Of a stretch of DNA of 46,209 bases, positions 23,218 through 35,510 are shown one piece after another. The DNA comes from Conidiobolus incongruus B7586 (lineage: Eukaryota). Made by a program: the position numbers and the translations under genes. Location of the stretch: the NCBI GenBank assembly GCA_000697335.1, contig JNEM01013894.1, positions 1-46,209 on the forward strand, given 5' to 3'. Under the pieces are notes generated by a model, which saw only the letters and a program-made list of their open reading frames with translations, was not told the DNA's origin and made no database searches. Every line of letters starts with the position of its first letter. Positions within the stretch are counted from its first letter, which is position 1.

Positions 23218-23919
23218 TTATTAAATTCCCCAAAATTTTATAAATCACTAATATCTTTATAAATCATATATTAATATTTCAAAATATATAATATCCCTGT
23301 GTTTTTATTTAATAAAACATGCTCATCAATAATCATTTTTTAAATATTTTTATTTAATTACAATAATTTTCTTGATATTTTAAATTCTCATGTCTCTTTC
23401 ATTAATTTTTATAAAATATTTTTATTATTGAATTTCTATTGGACACAAAATAAATTATTTAATTTTCTTTTAAATTTCATTTATTATATTAGTAGTTGAA
23501 TATTGACATTGTGGATATGTAAAAAAATAAATTATTAGTAATTTATGGTTCCATCTAAATCGAATCAATATTAAATGTATACATCATATGTCAAGTTTGA
23601 ATTTAAAATCAAATAATAGAGTTATTTTTTTTCTTTTGTATGCTATTGATAAATTTTATCAAAAAATACTTTAATTATTATTTAAAATAGGTATATACAA
23701 GTTAAAATTGAATTATTTGTATAAATCTAGTTTATAAATATTCAAGAATATTTTTGTATACATTTTAAATATGATTAAAAAATAGAGATATTACGAACTC
23801 CCATAATTTGTTTAAATTGTGATTCAATATATAAATTTTAAATCCAATTAATTTAAATTACGAAGGTAAAATTAATCGAATATAAAATAATAATTTTAAA
23901 AATAATTGTATTTTTATGA

Positions 23920-25764
23920 ATGATTTTACGTAATATTAGAGGGAGTATAATTTCCTCTCGATTTAAGAAATTTAAATTAACGACCTTTTCACCATTATAC
24001 ATTTCTTCATCTACAGTTGAAAAGGAACAAAATTTGGACGATCGACCTAAAACTAAAATCGAAGTGAATAGACAAGATTTAATCAAACAATTAATTAATT
24101 TATATCGGAAGAACAACGTTTCTAAGGAAGATGAGCTTGTTAATCGGAATGTTAATCAGAATTATTCCAATTGGGATTACTTAACGGCTTGTTTTGACAA
24201 GGTTAACTTCGTTGAACTTGACCAACAGCTACATAAACTCAAGGAGGAGAATCCTTCGGAAAGGAGAGAAATATTACTCAAATTCTGTACACTACTTGAA
24301 AATCCCAGTGTTTTTGAAGAAAAGAAATTTCACTCAATCACTATCGTTATAGATCATATTGTCAATTTGATAATAGAATCTTCTAATTCTAATTTTTTGA
24401 GCACTGTGAGCGAACAAATCACGGATATGACCAAATTCTTTAACCTGATATACAGTTGGATTCAACTCGACTCGGATTATAATCTAAAAATCAAATTGAT
24501 CAATACTTTTTTGTCGCATTTTGAAGCTAGTAATAATCTTCAAGGATTACATTTAATTCACAATTATTTACTCGAACTATCTCTTCCCATTCAGAATATG
24601 GAAACTTTTGATACCCAGGCGAAAAAGCTCAAGCCAGTTTGGTATCGTCTAATGTCTTGCCTTGCAGGCATAGATAACGAACTGTCATTGAAAATATTGA
24701 ACCAGCTATGGTACTCTTTCGATCCCAAAGACTCCACATTCCAAAATCCTTTGGATTATCTCATTCGACATTGTTTACAAAGTGCAAGTAAAGAGCTTAA
24801 AATGTTTCCTCAAGATCGACTACCAAAACTTCAGCTCATGTTTTCCATATATCCGATGGTTCAGGAATATTTAAAGGTCTATCCCTACACTCTCAATAGG
24901 TACAATGTAGATATTCAAAGAATTTTTGTAGGTATGGCGCACTATCACGGCTATTCCAATGATGTGGAATCGTTATTAAATTTCATGGATACCGAAGATG
25001 TTGTTCCAAAAAATCACTATGTTGCATCAACTGTTATTTATCAAATCTTTCGAATGGGCTACTGTGATTCGGGAGCTCAGATATTTAATAAGTTTATGAA
25101 AGATCACCTAGAATCCGATCCTCATGTTATGTATAATGCACCATACACTACACTTCTAAATGGATTAAGCCATAACAAACAGTGGGACGCAATGTCGCAA
25201 TATTTCCAACTGAGACACAAGTTGCCTATCAAGATCAATCCTAAATTATACAATGATATATTATTAACCTTCAGAAATAATGTCCCACCAGTGAGACTAA
25301 TACAGACCATTTATTACGGTATGGTAAATATAGATCAAATCAGACCAACTACAAAATCTCTCGATGCGATCGCTAGGCTGTTACCAAATTATCAGATTGA
25401 CTTCACGCAACAAAGTTCCGTACTACCTTTAAGTCATCGTCTCAATAACTTTTATGTTCAATTTAACCATAATCCTAATCTCGACCTTCGATTCTTTACC
25501 ACAATGATCCACGAAATTGTGACCCACACCCCCAAAGAAGAACTCGAATCCATCACTGAAATTCTTTCAAATTTATACAACGACTTAATCAAGAGAGAGC
25601 TCAAGCCCACTGGACCTTTTCTGACCACCATGCTAGTAGTCTACCTGAAACTTGGGCGACCTGAAGGCGTCCAAGAGATCCTACTCTATCTCAAAGACAA
25701 TTCACATTTAATTGATCACAAATTGAATCATTTAATCACTTCGTTAAGAATTCAAAAGTATTAA
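23920..25764 (+). CDS. Probable mitochondrial pentatricopeptide-repeat (PPR)-like protein, 614 aa
   Basis: Intronless ORF with an Arg/Ser/Lys-rich, acid-free N-terminus (presequence-like). Degenerate helical repeats such as PYTTLLNGLSHNKQWDAMSQYFQ, LYNDILLTF, IRPTTKSLDAI and LKPTGPFLTTMLVVYLKLGRPEGVQEIL. Confidence 0.65.
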   Translation: MILRNIRGSIISSRFKKFKLTTFSPLYISSSTVEKEQNLDDRPKTKIEVNRQDLIKQLINLYRKNNVSKEDELVNRNVNQNYSNWDYLTACFDKVNFVELDQQLHKLKEENPSERREILLKFCTLLENPSVFEEKKFHSITIVIDHIVNLIIESSNSNFLSTVSEQITDMTKFFNLIYSWIQLDSDYNLKIKLINTFLSHFEASNNLQGLHLIHNYLLELSLPIQNMETFDTQAKKLKPVWYRLMSCLAGIDNELSLKILNQLWYSFDPKDSTFQNPLDYLIRHCLQSASKELKMFPQDRLPKLQLMFSIYPMVQEYLKVYPYTLNRYNVDIQRIFVGMAHYHGYSNDVESLLNFMDTEDVVPKNHYVASTVIYQIFRMGYCDSGAQIFNKFMKDHLESDPHVMYNAPYTTLLNGLSHNKQWDAMSQYFQLRHKLPIKINPKLYNDILLTFRNNVPPVRLIQTIYYGMVNIDQIRPTTKSLDAIARLLPNYQIDFTQQSSVLPLSHRLNNFYVQFNHNPNLDLRFFTTMIHEIVTHTPKEELESITEILSNLYNDLIKRELKPTGPFLTTMLVVYLKLGRPEGVQEILLYLKDNSHLIDHKLNHLITSLRIQKY

Positions 25765-26459
25765 TTATTTATTAAAGCCTAAAAAATAAATTATTTATTA
25801 TCAAATTTTATTTTACACTTTTCCTAAGTACTAATCAACATAACAAATGCAGCAATTCATTAGAGTACTTAAAATTTCTATTAACAATATACTTTATTAT
25901 TTATTATTTAATATGAAGCGATGCATTCAGAATTCTAAATTAAATTTAAAACTTTTAATATCAACATTTGAACTTGTTTTTGCATAAATAATATTTTATT
26001 AATTTAACTTTATTATAAATACTTAAATTTTGATTAGAGTATTATAATAGTAAAATGAAATACATCTAAGCTAATGATTATCTCATTAATTAATTTATAT
26101 AAAAAAATACCAAATATATAGACTCTTTATACAATATTAAACGAAATATAATTGCCTACAGCATTATTTATTATATGATTTTAATCTTTGTCAATTTACT
26201 TAATAATCCAACTTATAAGATGTAATACTTTAAACTATAAATCTCAATCTTTATATTATATTTCATCACTATAAAACTGTTTATTTTCTTGATATTTTTC
26301 ATTATTTATTAAATTTCATTATTGAAATTTTGTAATCAAATTCAATATTTAATTATTCAAAATTGAACAAAAATAAAATTATTAGTTCTAAAATTGGAAA
26401 TTATTTGATTCAAATATTTTAAAATTATATATGTAAAAAATATTATTTAATTAACTTTG

Positions 26460-26805
26460 AAATGGTGAAATATAATGTTGTGTTTTATATTAAATTTTGT
26501 AAATAAAGATCATTGTTAGAAAAGTGCTTGAACTATGATTTAGTAAATAATTTATTAATCCTGCTCTTTAACATATCAGGACTGTTAATCTTAAAACTTA
26601 CTGTTGAGACATTGTAGCAGAATATCCAGAAAAACTTCTTTCTCTATCTTTATCACTTCTGGGTTTAAATAGCTGATTCAGTGAATGATATATCTAACAA
26701 AGAGTATCCTTTAATTATACACTGACAAAGCCAGCTTAAATTAGAAATAATATTGGTTTAACCATCAAACTGGAATGGGTGTATAATTTTGAAATACAAC
26801 AATAA
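26460..26805. repeat. ~340 bp dispersed repeat, inverted copy at ~35172-35510; probable decayed transposon coding fragment
   Basis: E.g. 26604 ttgagacattgtagcagaatatccagaaaaacttctt is the reverse complement of ~35334-35370; alignable over ~340 bp with moderate divergence. Confidence 0.75.
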
Positions 26806-27285
26806 GATTTTTGTTAATAAAATAAAAGATATATTTTACTTCTAATTCTATGTTTGAAAATCAGTTATTATAAAATCTGCTAATAAACTTATAATTGAAC
26901 GTGTAATTTATTAAACTCAAAATTTTTTAGTTGAAATAATAATTCAATTGACTTGTAAGATAATGATTGTATAATTTTACTAAATAATTCGTGTATAGTA
27001 AAAACTTAATTCTAGCCAATCAAATTAAATTCTGAATCACTCAATTTGAAGGAATATAAATTGAACTAAAAAACTGTGAAAATTAATTGTGTAATTATTA
27101 AATTAACATCAAACAATCAAATTTATTGAATTTTTAATAAATATAATTAATAAATATATTTATAATATTAAGTATTTATAACTAATTATTCTTTCAATAT
27201 AAGCTCAGCGCTTCCTACACCTATTAAGTAAGCTCATTTTTATCTTTTATATTTCTTTGAATAATTTACTAATTACAATAGAAAA

Positions 27286-29617
27286 ATGGATAAAATTAGG
27301 TAATAAAAAATATCAATAATAGGAAAAATATTAAATATTAATTTAATTTATTAATTTTGTTAATAATATTAACGTACATAAAATGTAGTTTATTATTCAT
27401 GAAATTGTTATTTATTTAATTAATAAATTTGAATAGAATTAGGAGTGAATCCAAAATTCTTTTAGTAAAAACCTCTCCTATTAAGAGATCGCATGGTGGT
27501 GTGTTCCATACTCCTGAAAGTATTTTATATTAATTTTTTTTAAATTGCTTTTTTTATTATTTTATTTAGAAAATATGTCAAGTCAATTAACTCAAAATAC
27601 CCAGATTATCAACTCAGCTCCCCCAAAATTCAGTAGTGATTATATCTTACATATTTGTTATTGAATTTAATGTTCTAATAATTTTCATAATATTGATTTA
27701 GATGTTGGAAAGCCTAAAAAACAAGTTACATTTTATATTCCAAAAGGTTCTAGTGGAAACTCTTCCAAAACTCCTAACAGTAAGTTAGACTCTCCAATAA
27801 CTAAAGAGCAATCTAAAGGTAGAAATGAAACCCGTAATTCGGAAGGTAAGTAATTTACACTTTTATTTTATATTTTAATAACCATATGTTTAGAGAATTC
27901 TAACAATTCTCAAAATTTAAAAATTACAAAAGATAAAGATACCAATGCTGCAACTGTGAAATTTAAACAACCTAATACAAGATATGGGAACAACCCATAT
28001 GATAAACTACTCTCCCCTAGTCCTGTTCAGCATCCTAAATCTAGTAATCGATTTAATAGTGTTCAAGGTATTTATTTTCAAAAACTATTCACTATAGTAG
28101 ACCTTAATCGCTCTATTATAGCAGATCCCAATAACCATACTGAAAATATCGATAATTCAAATAATGGGAGTGAATATGATCTAAACAAATCCCTTGAGGA
28201 AGATCCTTTAGGTAATATTTAAACACTCTATACCTTTTAAATTCATACTCATTATAGAATAGATAGATCTCTTGGTTTTAGCAATTCGGCAGATGAAGAT
28301 GATATAACTATTGCAGATATGAACAATACTTGTTCCTCATCGGTAACTCATTCAAGTGAAAAAGATTCAACAAATGCAGATTTAGAATCTGGTCCAGGTG
28401 ACAAAGATTTAGTTCCAAGTTGGGCGAATGCTGCCAATGGACGTAAAATTACATGGGACGACGATACTGAAGTAGAAACCGATGATAATCCTGATAGAAA
28501 GCGAAATAAATTGACTATACAGACCGATAGTGAGCCTAATTCAAATGCCACCAATTCGCCAATTCTCAACAATAATACATCATCTATAACTAACAATGGT
28601 AATTATCCTTATATAAAGTGATGTTTTTTCTAATTTTGTTCTCTAGATAACAATGCCAATTCACCTCCCGACAGCTCGGTTTTAGCCAGTTTGAATCCAT
28701 TAAACCATATGTTGAATGACGATTGCATAACTTTGAAGAATGATCACATCGAATATCTTGAGAAGATTTGCAAGCAGTTCAATTACAATCGCGAATCAAT
28801 AATACAGTATTTAAATTCGCTTCAAAACTTCACTTCAAGTGAGATTAATCGAAAAATCAGCGAGACAATCATTGCAACTTTAAATACATTATTAGAACCA
28901 ATAATATCTCCTGAACTTAATCAACAAACTGGCTCTGACGATCAATCCACTCTTGTCTCTAAATCGGACACTTCTGCTTCTCACAAAAAGGCTAATTCTA
29001 ATGATCAATCCTCTAATATCTCTAAATCAAAGTCTTCTCATACAATACGTCAAAAACCAAATTTTAATGATATATCTAAGCGTATATTTAGCCCAGTAAA
29101 AATTATGGTAACACACCGAAAATCTAATTTTAACAATGAATCTACACATACTCCCAACCCAGACATCTCAATCTTGGAAAATAGCGCTAGTGAAACTGAT
29201 AGCGCTGATGAAACTGATAGCGTCGAGGAAACCGATAGCGCTGATGAAACTGATAGCGCTGATGAAACTGATAGCGCTGATGAAACTGATAGCGCTGATG
29301 AAACTTATAACCCTGATGAAACTGATAGCGCACCACCAAAGAAAACCCACCACAAAAGACCGTGGACAGAGCAAGAATTAAATGCTCTAGAAGCCGGTAT
29401 CAAACGATTCGGTATGCAATGGGCCAAAATCCTCCAGCATAATATTGTCAAAGGAGACAAGTCTCTCATCAATAGAACAAATGTCAATTTGAAGGACAAG
29501 GCCAGAAACGAGAAGGCATATCGTATCAGACACCGTAAAGAATTGGGTGTCTTCAATATTAGGGACTTGAATGTAGACTCTATATTATCCAAGTATTTGA
29601 TGAAATCTCGCGACTAG
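27286..29617 (+). CDS. Telobox Myb-domain protein (TRF/Tbf1-like telomere-repeat-binding factor); multi-exon, 5' end tentative
   Basis: C-terminal Myb domain RPWTEQELNALEAGIKRFGMQWAKIL...NRTNVNLKDKARNEK carries the telobox signature. Phase-consistent exons at about 27286-27299, 27437/27443-27519, 27570-27632/5, 27702-27845, 27894-28067, 28122-28211, 28263-28598 and 28647-29617 join the three ORF-track fragments. Confidence 0.75.
29180..29332 (+). repeat. Coding tandem repeat, 18-bp unit GATAGCGCTGATGAAACT x8.5, encoding (DSADET)n
   Basis: Directly visible; five perfect units, three variant units and a final half unit. Confidence 0.95.
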
Positions 29618-30030
29618 CTGGATTCTATCTATTGATATTAGGAATAATTTTTTTATTATATTTCAACAAATTTTTAGTATATCAGGAATTAAGCAAATTC
29701 TGATAAATAGTTTGGATTTGACAAACTATTTATACAGTAAATTATAACAATACACTTTTTGTGAGAAAATAAAGTTTATTCCCATATTAATATTGGATTT
29801 CCTCTTCATTATATTCATTAATAATGAAAATCATCATTATATAAATTCATAATGTGTAATATATAATTCAATAAACTCATTTTTAGTTACTAATTTGTTA
29901 ATAAAATTTAAATATAATATGCCAATCTGACAACAAGTATTAAATTGTCAAAAGTGATAAATTTTAATATTTAATAAAAGCTAATATCATAGCTAAATTG
30001 GTTTTATTTTTTGATTAATAAATATACTCT

Positions 30031-30708
30031 TCATTTACTACGAGATTTATATCCCGCTTTATAGTTTTCTTTGTTATCTGATAGCATAGCAGATACAATA
30101 CCGGATGTTATTAATAACAAGCCACCCAACACGAAGAAACGACCCATAACATCACTAGCGCCTTCCATCTTTGGTAAGTCGTTAAAGACAGGTCTACCTT
30201 GGTGTCTGTAAGGGGTACTCGAACCGAAAGAAGGTTGATTAAACTGATCATAATGCTCATGCTGGTGTGTTTTATTGTCATACTTATCTCCCTTAAAACT
30301 CTGTTGAAAACCTTTTCTAAACTTCACATTATCTGGGTACAACTTTACTGGTTTCGGAGGTGGTGGCTTACTTCTAAACCTATTCGAAACTACATTTTTA
30401 GAAAATTTATTTGAGTTAATAAAATTTCTATCATAATCCCTCCTTCTAACTTGGTCACTTAATACACCATAAGCTTCTGTAATTTTTAAAAATTTTTCGT
30501 GAGCTTTTTCATCTTTAGGATTTTTATCCGGATGGTATTTCATACTTAGAGCGTAAAATTGACTTTTGATACGAGCTTTGTCTGAATTATGAGGAATACT
30601 CAATATATCATAATAGTTTTCTGTTTTACTCTTTAGTATGGAATTAGTACTGAATTGACGAATTAATACAGGTTTCGAAAATGGACGAAATATTGAATTG
30701 GGTAACAT
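30031..30708 (-). CDS. J-domain (DnaJ class C) protein with mitochondrial presequence and C-terminal TM helix, 225 aa
   Basis: NYYDILSI...IKSQFYALSMKYHPDKN...FLKITEAYGVLSDQVRRRDYD (HPD motif); N-terminal RQFS motif; hydrophobic FFVLGGLLLITSGIVSAML. Confidence 0.9.
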   Translation of the reverse strand: MLPNSIFRPFSKPVLIRQFSTNSILKSKTENYYDILSIPHNSDKARIKSQFYALSMKYHPDKNPKDEKAHEKFLKITEAYGVLSDQVRRRDYDRNFINSNKFSKNVVSNRFRSKPPPPKPVKLYPDNVKFRKGFQQSFKGDKYDNKTHQHEHYDQFNQPSFGSSTPYRHQGRPVFNDLPKMEGASDVMGRFFVLGGLLLITSGIVSAMLSDNKENYKAGYKSRSK

Positions 30709-33700
30709 AGTTTAATATTTATGAATTTTTACAGTAAAATATCAATTATTAAATCAAAAATAATCAATTAATTAATTAATTAATTAATGATTTAAATTAT
30801 TAAGATTATTATTTTGAATAGAAAATTATTTTTTTGTTAATTGATAATTTATGAAGTAATAATATTATTAATTATTAAGATTCAATTAATTTCAGTTCAA
30901 TTTATGGGTTAATTGAAACTTGAATATTAATAAAGGGTGATCTTAATTAGGTATGGCAATTGAATTGAATGGATAATGTTTGGATTACTAAAGTTTGTAC
31001 AGTTACATGAGACCTACTAGCAAAGTTTATTGTGTATTTTAAGGTGGAATTCTGTATTATCCATATTTGTTAATATGGATCCGCTACATATTGGATATAT
31101 TGAATTATAATGTTAAATATGAGAATATTCACCAATTGTTATTAATTAGTTTTCAAAATTGAAAAACCATTGAAAGAAATATATAATTGTATTAGTTTAA
31201 ATAAATTGAAATTATAATCGTATCAAAATAATATATATATGTTATGCAATATTAAAGATTTAATTATCTTAACACTATAAATTATTCAAAATTGTTTTTA
31301 TATATTATTTAAGTAAAATGACAAAATAAATATCTAACAACATTCAAAGCATTTTTGTGAATAATAACTTATACTTAAAGAGAAAGCTATCAAATACATT
31401 TCAAAATTTACTCCTTGCAAAGATCACAGTTAATATCAGTAGCTTCAATATTGACCAAGCATGATAAATTCAATCATCATATTTTATTCGTTTTATAATA
31501 ATCAATAACCATTTAAATCGTTTTACCTAGAGAAAAACACCAAGTTCATTTAAACATAGCTTAAAATTACTAAGGATTTATAATGACATCATTCCAAATC
31601 ATAATGACTAATTGCGATCTTGAAATAATTTTATATTTCTTATTAATTGTATTTAATTGCTGTTAACAAGTATGAAAATGTAAAAGAAAAAACTCAAAAT
31701 AAGAAAATAATATAATAAATTCATTAAAATGAACCAAATGATATTTTAAAAGCAACTTTGCCTCTTTTCACATTAAGATAATTTTCTAATTATTCTAAAT
31801 AACAGAGTTAATATGTTACAGAACAGTTAATGATTTTTTAAAATTAATAATATTCAAATTCTTATAGCTTATTAATATACTTTTAGCATTAAATATTTTG
31901 AAATTATTCAGAAATGTTTAAGTTTCATTAATTAATTTGATAAAAGAATATTTCGTCATACTTGATGAATTAAACAATTGATATTATCAACTCCGATATA
32001 AGTGAATAAAGTTTATTATCAAAATATAATTTTATATTGGATATATAATAATAGAATATACATAAATTGATATTCAAAATTGATAGGACAAATGACAATT
32101 ATTGAACATATTTTTATTTCATCAAAGTTACTTAATTTTTTTCAAACAAGTTGTATTAAAATGGAAAAATGAACCATGTAATGTATTTAGATATAAAAAT
32201 TTGAGAAATAGAATATTGCACATATTTTACTACCCAAAAATTTAATTAAGTTTATGAATGAATGGATCGTTTGGTGAAAAAATTAAAATAAGTTTATTAT
32301 GATTTTAAATGAACTTTGGTCAATACAAAACTCTAAATGTTAATCAAATTATTTGATATTACAATGAATATATTCAGTTTATAATATTATATTAACATAT
32401 TAATTACAATATTTTATATTCAACTGTTAGTTTAATTACCACTTCATAATGCCATATAATAATTGTATAGATGAGTTATTTTTATTTTGAATTTTGAAAT
32501 TCGAGAGGTATTTCTTTGATTGAGTTTGAGCTTAATTGACACTATTACTATTACTATTATCTCATATTTAACATAAATGATGAAGAATAATCTTGTCCAA
32601 CACTCAAGAAACTCTGACTATTGCACTAATGCAAGAAGTCACATTGGAAGTACTTCATTTTATGAACTAGTCTAACTTAGTGCTTTCCACCTGAAGTTAT
32701 TCATAGCCACCCAAACTCAACAATTGAACCTATTATAAGATCATCACAAGCCAATCAATAAACCAATCTTTCTATCTTCATTTTCAAAAGTATCCAGTCT
32801 CTAAGTTTTTCTCGTAACACTCACAAAACGTATTGAGTTGTGACGAGCGTGAGATATTTACTTTATTCGAAGACCTTGATTTGCAGTAAGCTATTTTCAC
32901 CCAATTTGGTGAACCCTCTTAATTTCCCTTAACCTTGTGGTAATCTATCATTTACCACTGGCGATTCCCCGTTTAAGCTCTAAAAGACTACTTCCTCCCA
33001 CGTTTACGGTCGTCATAAACATTGAAATAATCAGATCGAATAATTATATTTAACCTAAAACCTTCTCCAAAGAATACAATTGTTATCTAAAAATTAAATT
33101 CTGATATCTTAGATAATATACGTATTTAGAAAAAGCTCATTGGATTTTAATTAATCACTATTTTTAAAATATAGCAATTAGAATTATGATTTGTATAAAA
33201 ATAGTATTTTCAATTATATTCAACAATATTGAGTATAAACTGAATAGCTGGGCTCAATCACAAATTTTTATAATTAATTATTTAATATCAAATAAGGTTG
33301 ATAAAAAGACATCATTAAATAACCATTTATTAATTGGTACATTATTTTTTATAATCAACTTGAATCCCTTAGTTTTTATCTTTTTCAATACTAAATTTTT
33401 GAACATATACAAGGTCAATTCAACCTATATAGCTCCTAAAATTATTATGAATTTAGCAGTTTATAAGTTTAGTTATTTTAATTGATATTTTACAGGTTTT
33501 TTAAGTATATATTGTTAAGCAGAAGTGGAGTCCAATTGAATTATTTAATAAATTATAATTCATGATAATTGCAAGCATATAAGAATTGAATTTCAATTCT
33601 CAGTACTCATATCGAGAATATTTAAATATTAATAGCATATAATATTTTCAATCAGTTTTAATTTTGAAACAAAATCAATAAATGAAATTATACCAAATTA

Positions 33701-35171
33701 ACATAATTATCCAAAATTATAACAGTAAACACAATATTATGTCTAAACTTATTCAAATTTACTCTAAGAAATTATTAATTTTCCAATGAAACCATCCGAA
33801 CTATAATACAAATTTGGAGCTTAAGCCTCCTAAAAGTGTTGCGCATAGCCTTTCACAATTTGATATTACAATTAAAATCTTATTCTGGCAAATACAAGTC
33901 TCTCTTAAAATAATGATCGATTTTTAAAAAAAGTGGTGCATAATACTCCTAGAATATAATTAATTAAACTCAATTTTGATCGTATGTGATCTTACTAAAA
34001 AAATTGCAATAACTACCCTTTATTTAGAATATTATACTCCTAATATTCATAAAGGATGGCTATGTTAATATCAAATACTCTCTGAATATAAAAGCTATGC
34101 CAAATAATGAAATCCAAATTCCAAATTAATCATTTTTAAAATAATAAAATGAATAAATGTAATTTATGATATTGAAAAGATATGAAAAAAAGGGGAAATT
34201 AAAATGATACTATTAGCCTAAAATGTTATATTTTTTATTATTAAGACATTATAGAATATCTGACTTACTCTTTTTAAAATCCTACCATATTTTATTATAA
34301 TTACAAATATCGTTAATTTTTAATTGTATTCATATAATTAATGTATATCAAATTACTATTTTAAAAAACTAAAACCCAATATTATATTATCATATATTAT
34401 TGATATAGGTATTTAATTAGATGGGTAATAGGGATTAATTAATATAATTAAAGAAATTAATAATTTTAATAGATTTTAAATAAAATTTTGCAATATTTCA
34501 TAATTAATATATATATATATATTCACTTAAAGGATTGAGATATAAAGCTATAAATAAAAAATAATTGATATTATTTTACATTGGAAAATATTAGCATTAT
34601 AGATATAAATTAGTTCAAATAGAGTATTTTTTATACTTTTAAACAATTTATTAATTAAATGAAAATCTAATCAAAAAATTGAGATAAAATTACTTATAAT
34701 TTTATATTATGATATTCAATAGATGTATTTATTTCAAATTATTATCAATATAAAATCCATATATGGGAATGCTAATAGTAATGAAATGTTGAAATATATG
34801 TACAAATTAATAGCTATTATTAATTTAAAGTAAGAAACATCCCAACTTCTTTGGAAATATGATAATTCAAGATATATCGCTATTGTGAGGATAAATTAGG
34901 TTTCCACACTTAACTGTGAAATCAATGAGTCGAGCATGTCAAGCACAAGATCAACAAGTTCTCCACCCTTAATAAGAAAATGAGCCACCCATTCTAAGTT
35001 TATTGGTATCAAAATAGTTTTCAATTTACTCATATAAAACATTTTGTTCAATTCTATTCTCCAAAAGTAAAAAAAATGTTTGCTTTCCCTTATAACTTTT
35101 AAAATTTGCTATGAAGCTATGAGCACAAGATAATCATTTCCAACAGAGTTCTTAATTAAGCCTAATGCAAA

Positions 35172-35510
35172 CTCATTGTTGTATTTCAAAATTACCCATC
35201 CATCTCAATTTGATAGTTAAACCAATATTATTTCTAATTTAAGATGGCTTTGTCAGTCTATAATTAAAGGATATTCTTTGTCAGATATATCATTCACTGA
35301 ATCAGCTATTTAAACCCAGAAGTGATAAAGATAAAGAAGTTTTTCTGGATATTCTGCTACAATGTCTCAACAATAAGTTTTAAGATTAACAGTACCAATA
35401 CTTTAAAGAGCAAGATTAATAAATTATCTACTAAATTGTTTTTCGAGCACTTTTCTAATAACGATTTTTATTTACAAAATTTATTATAAAATGCAACATT
35501 ATCCTCAATC
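35172..35510. repeat. Inverted copy of the 26460-26805 repeat, within a longer (~34830-35640) GC-richer decayed element
   Basis: Reverse-complement similarity to 26460-26805; all frames interrupted by stops. Confidence 0.7.

Noticed and set aside
29136..29381. Overlapping ORFs with (MKLIAL)n and (ISFISA)n repeats; possible CRISPR-like array
   Set aside because: Other frames of the 18-bp coding repeat; contiguous units with no spacers, in a eukaryotic exon.
33186..33485. 99-aa ORF (similarly 8021-8203, 12657-12842, 14128-14385, 39815-40003)
   Set aside because: Ile/Asn/Phe/Lys-rich translation typical of random AT-rich intergenic DNA.
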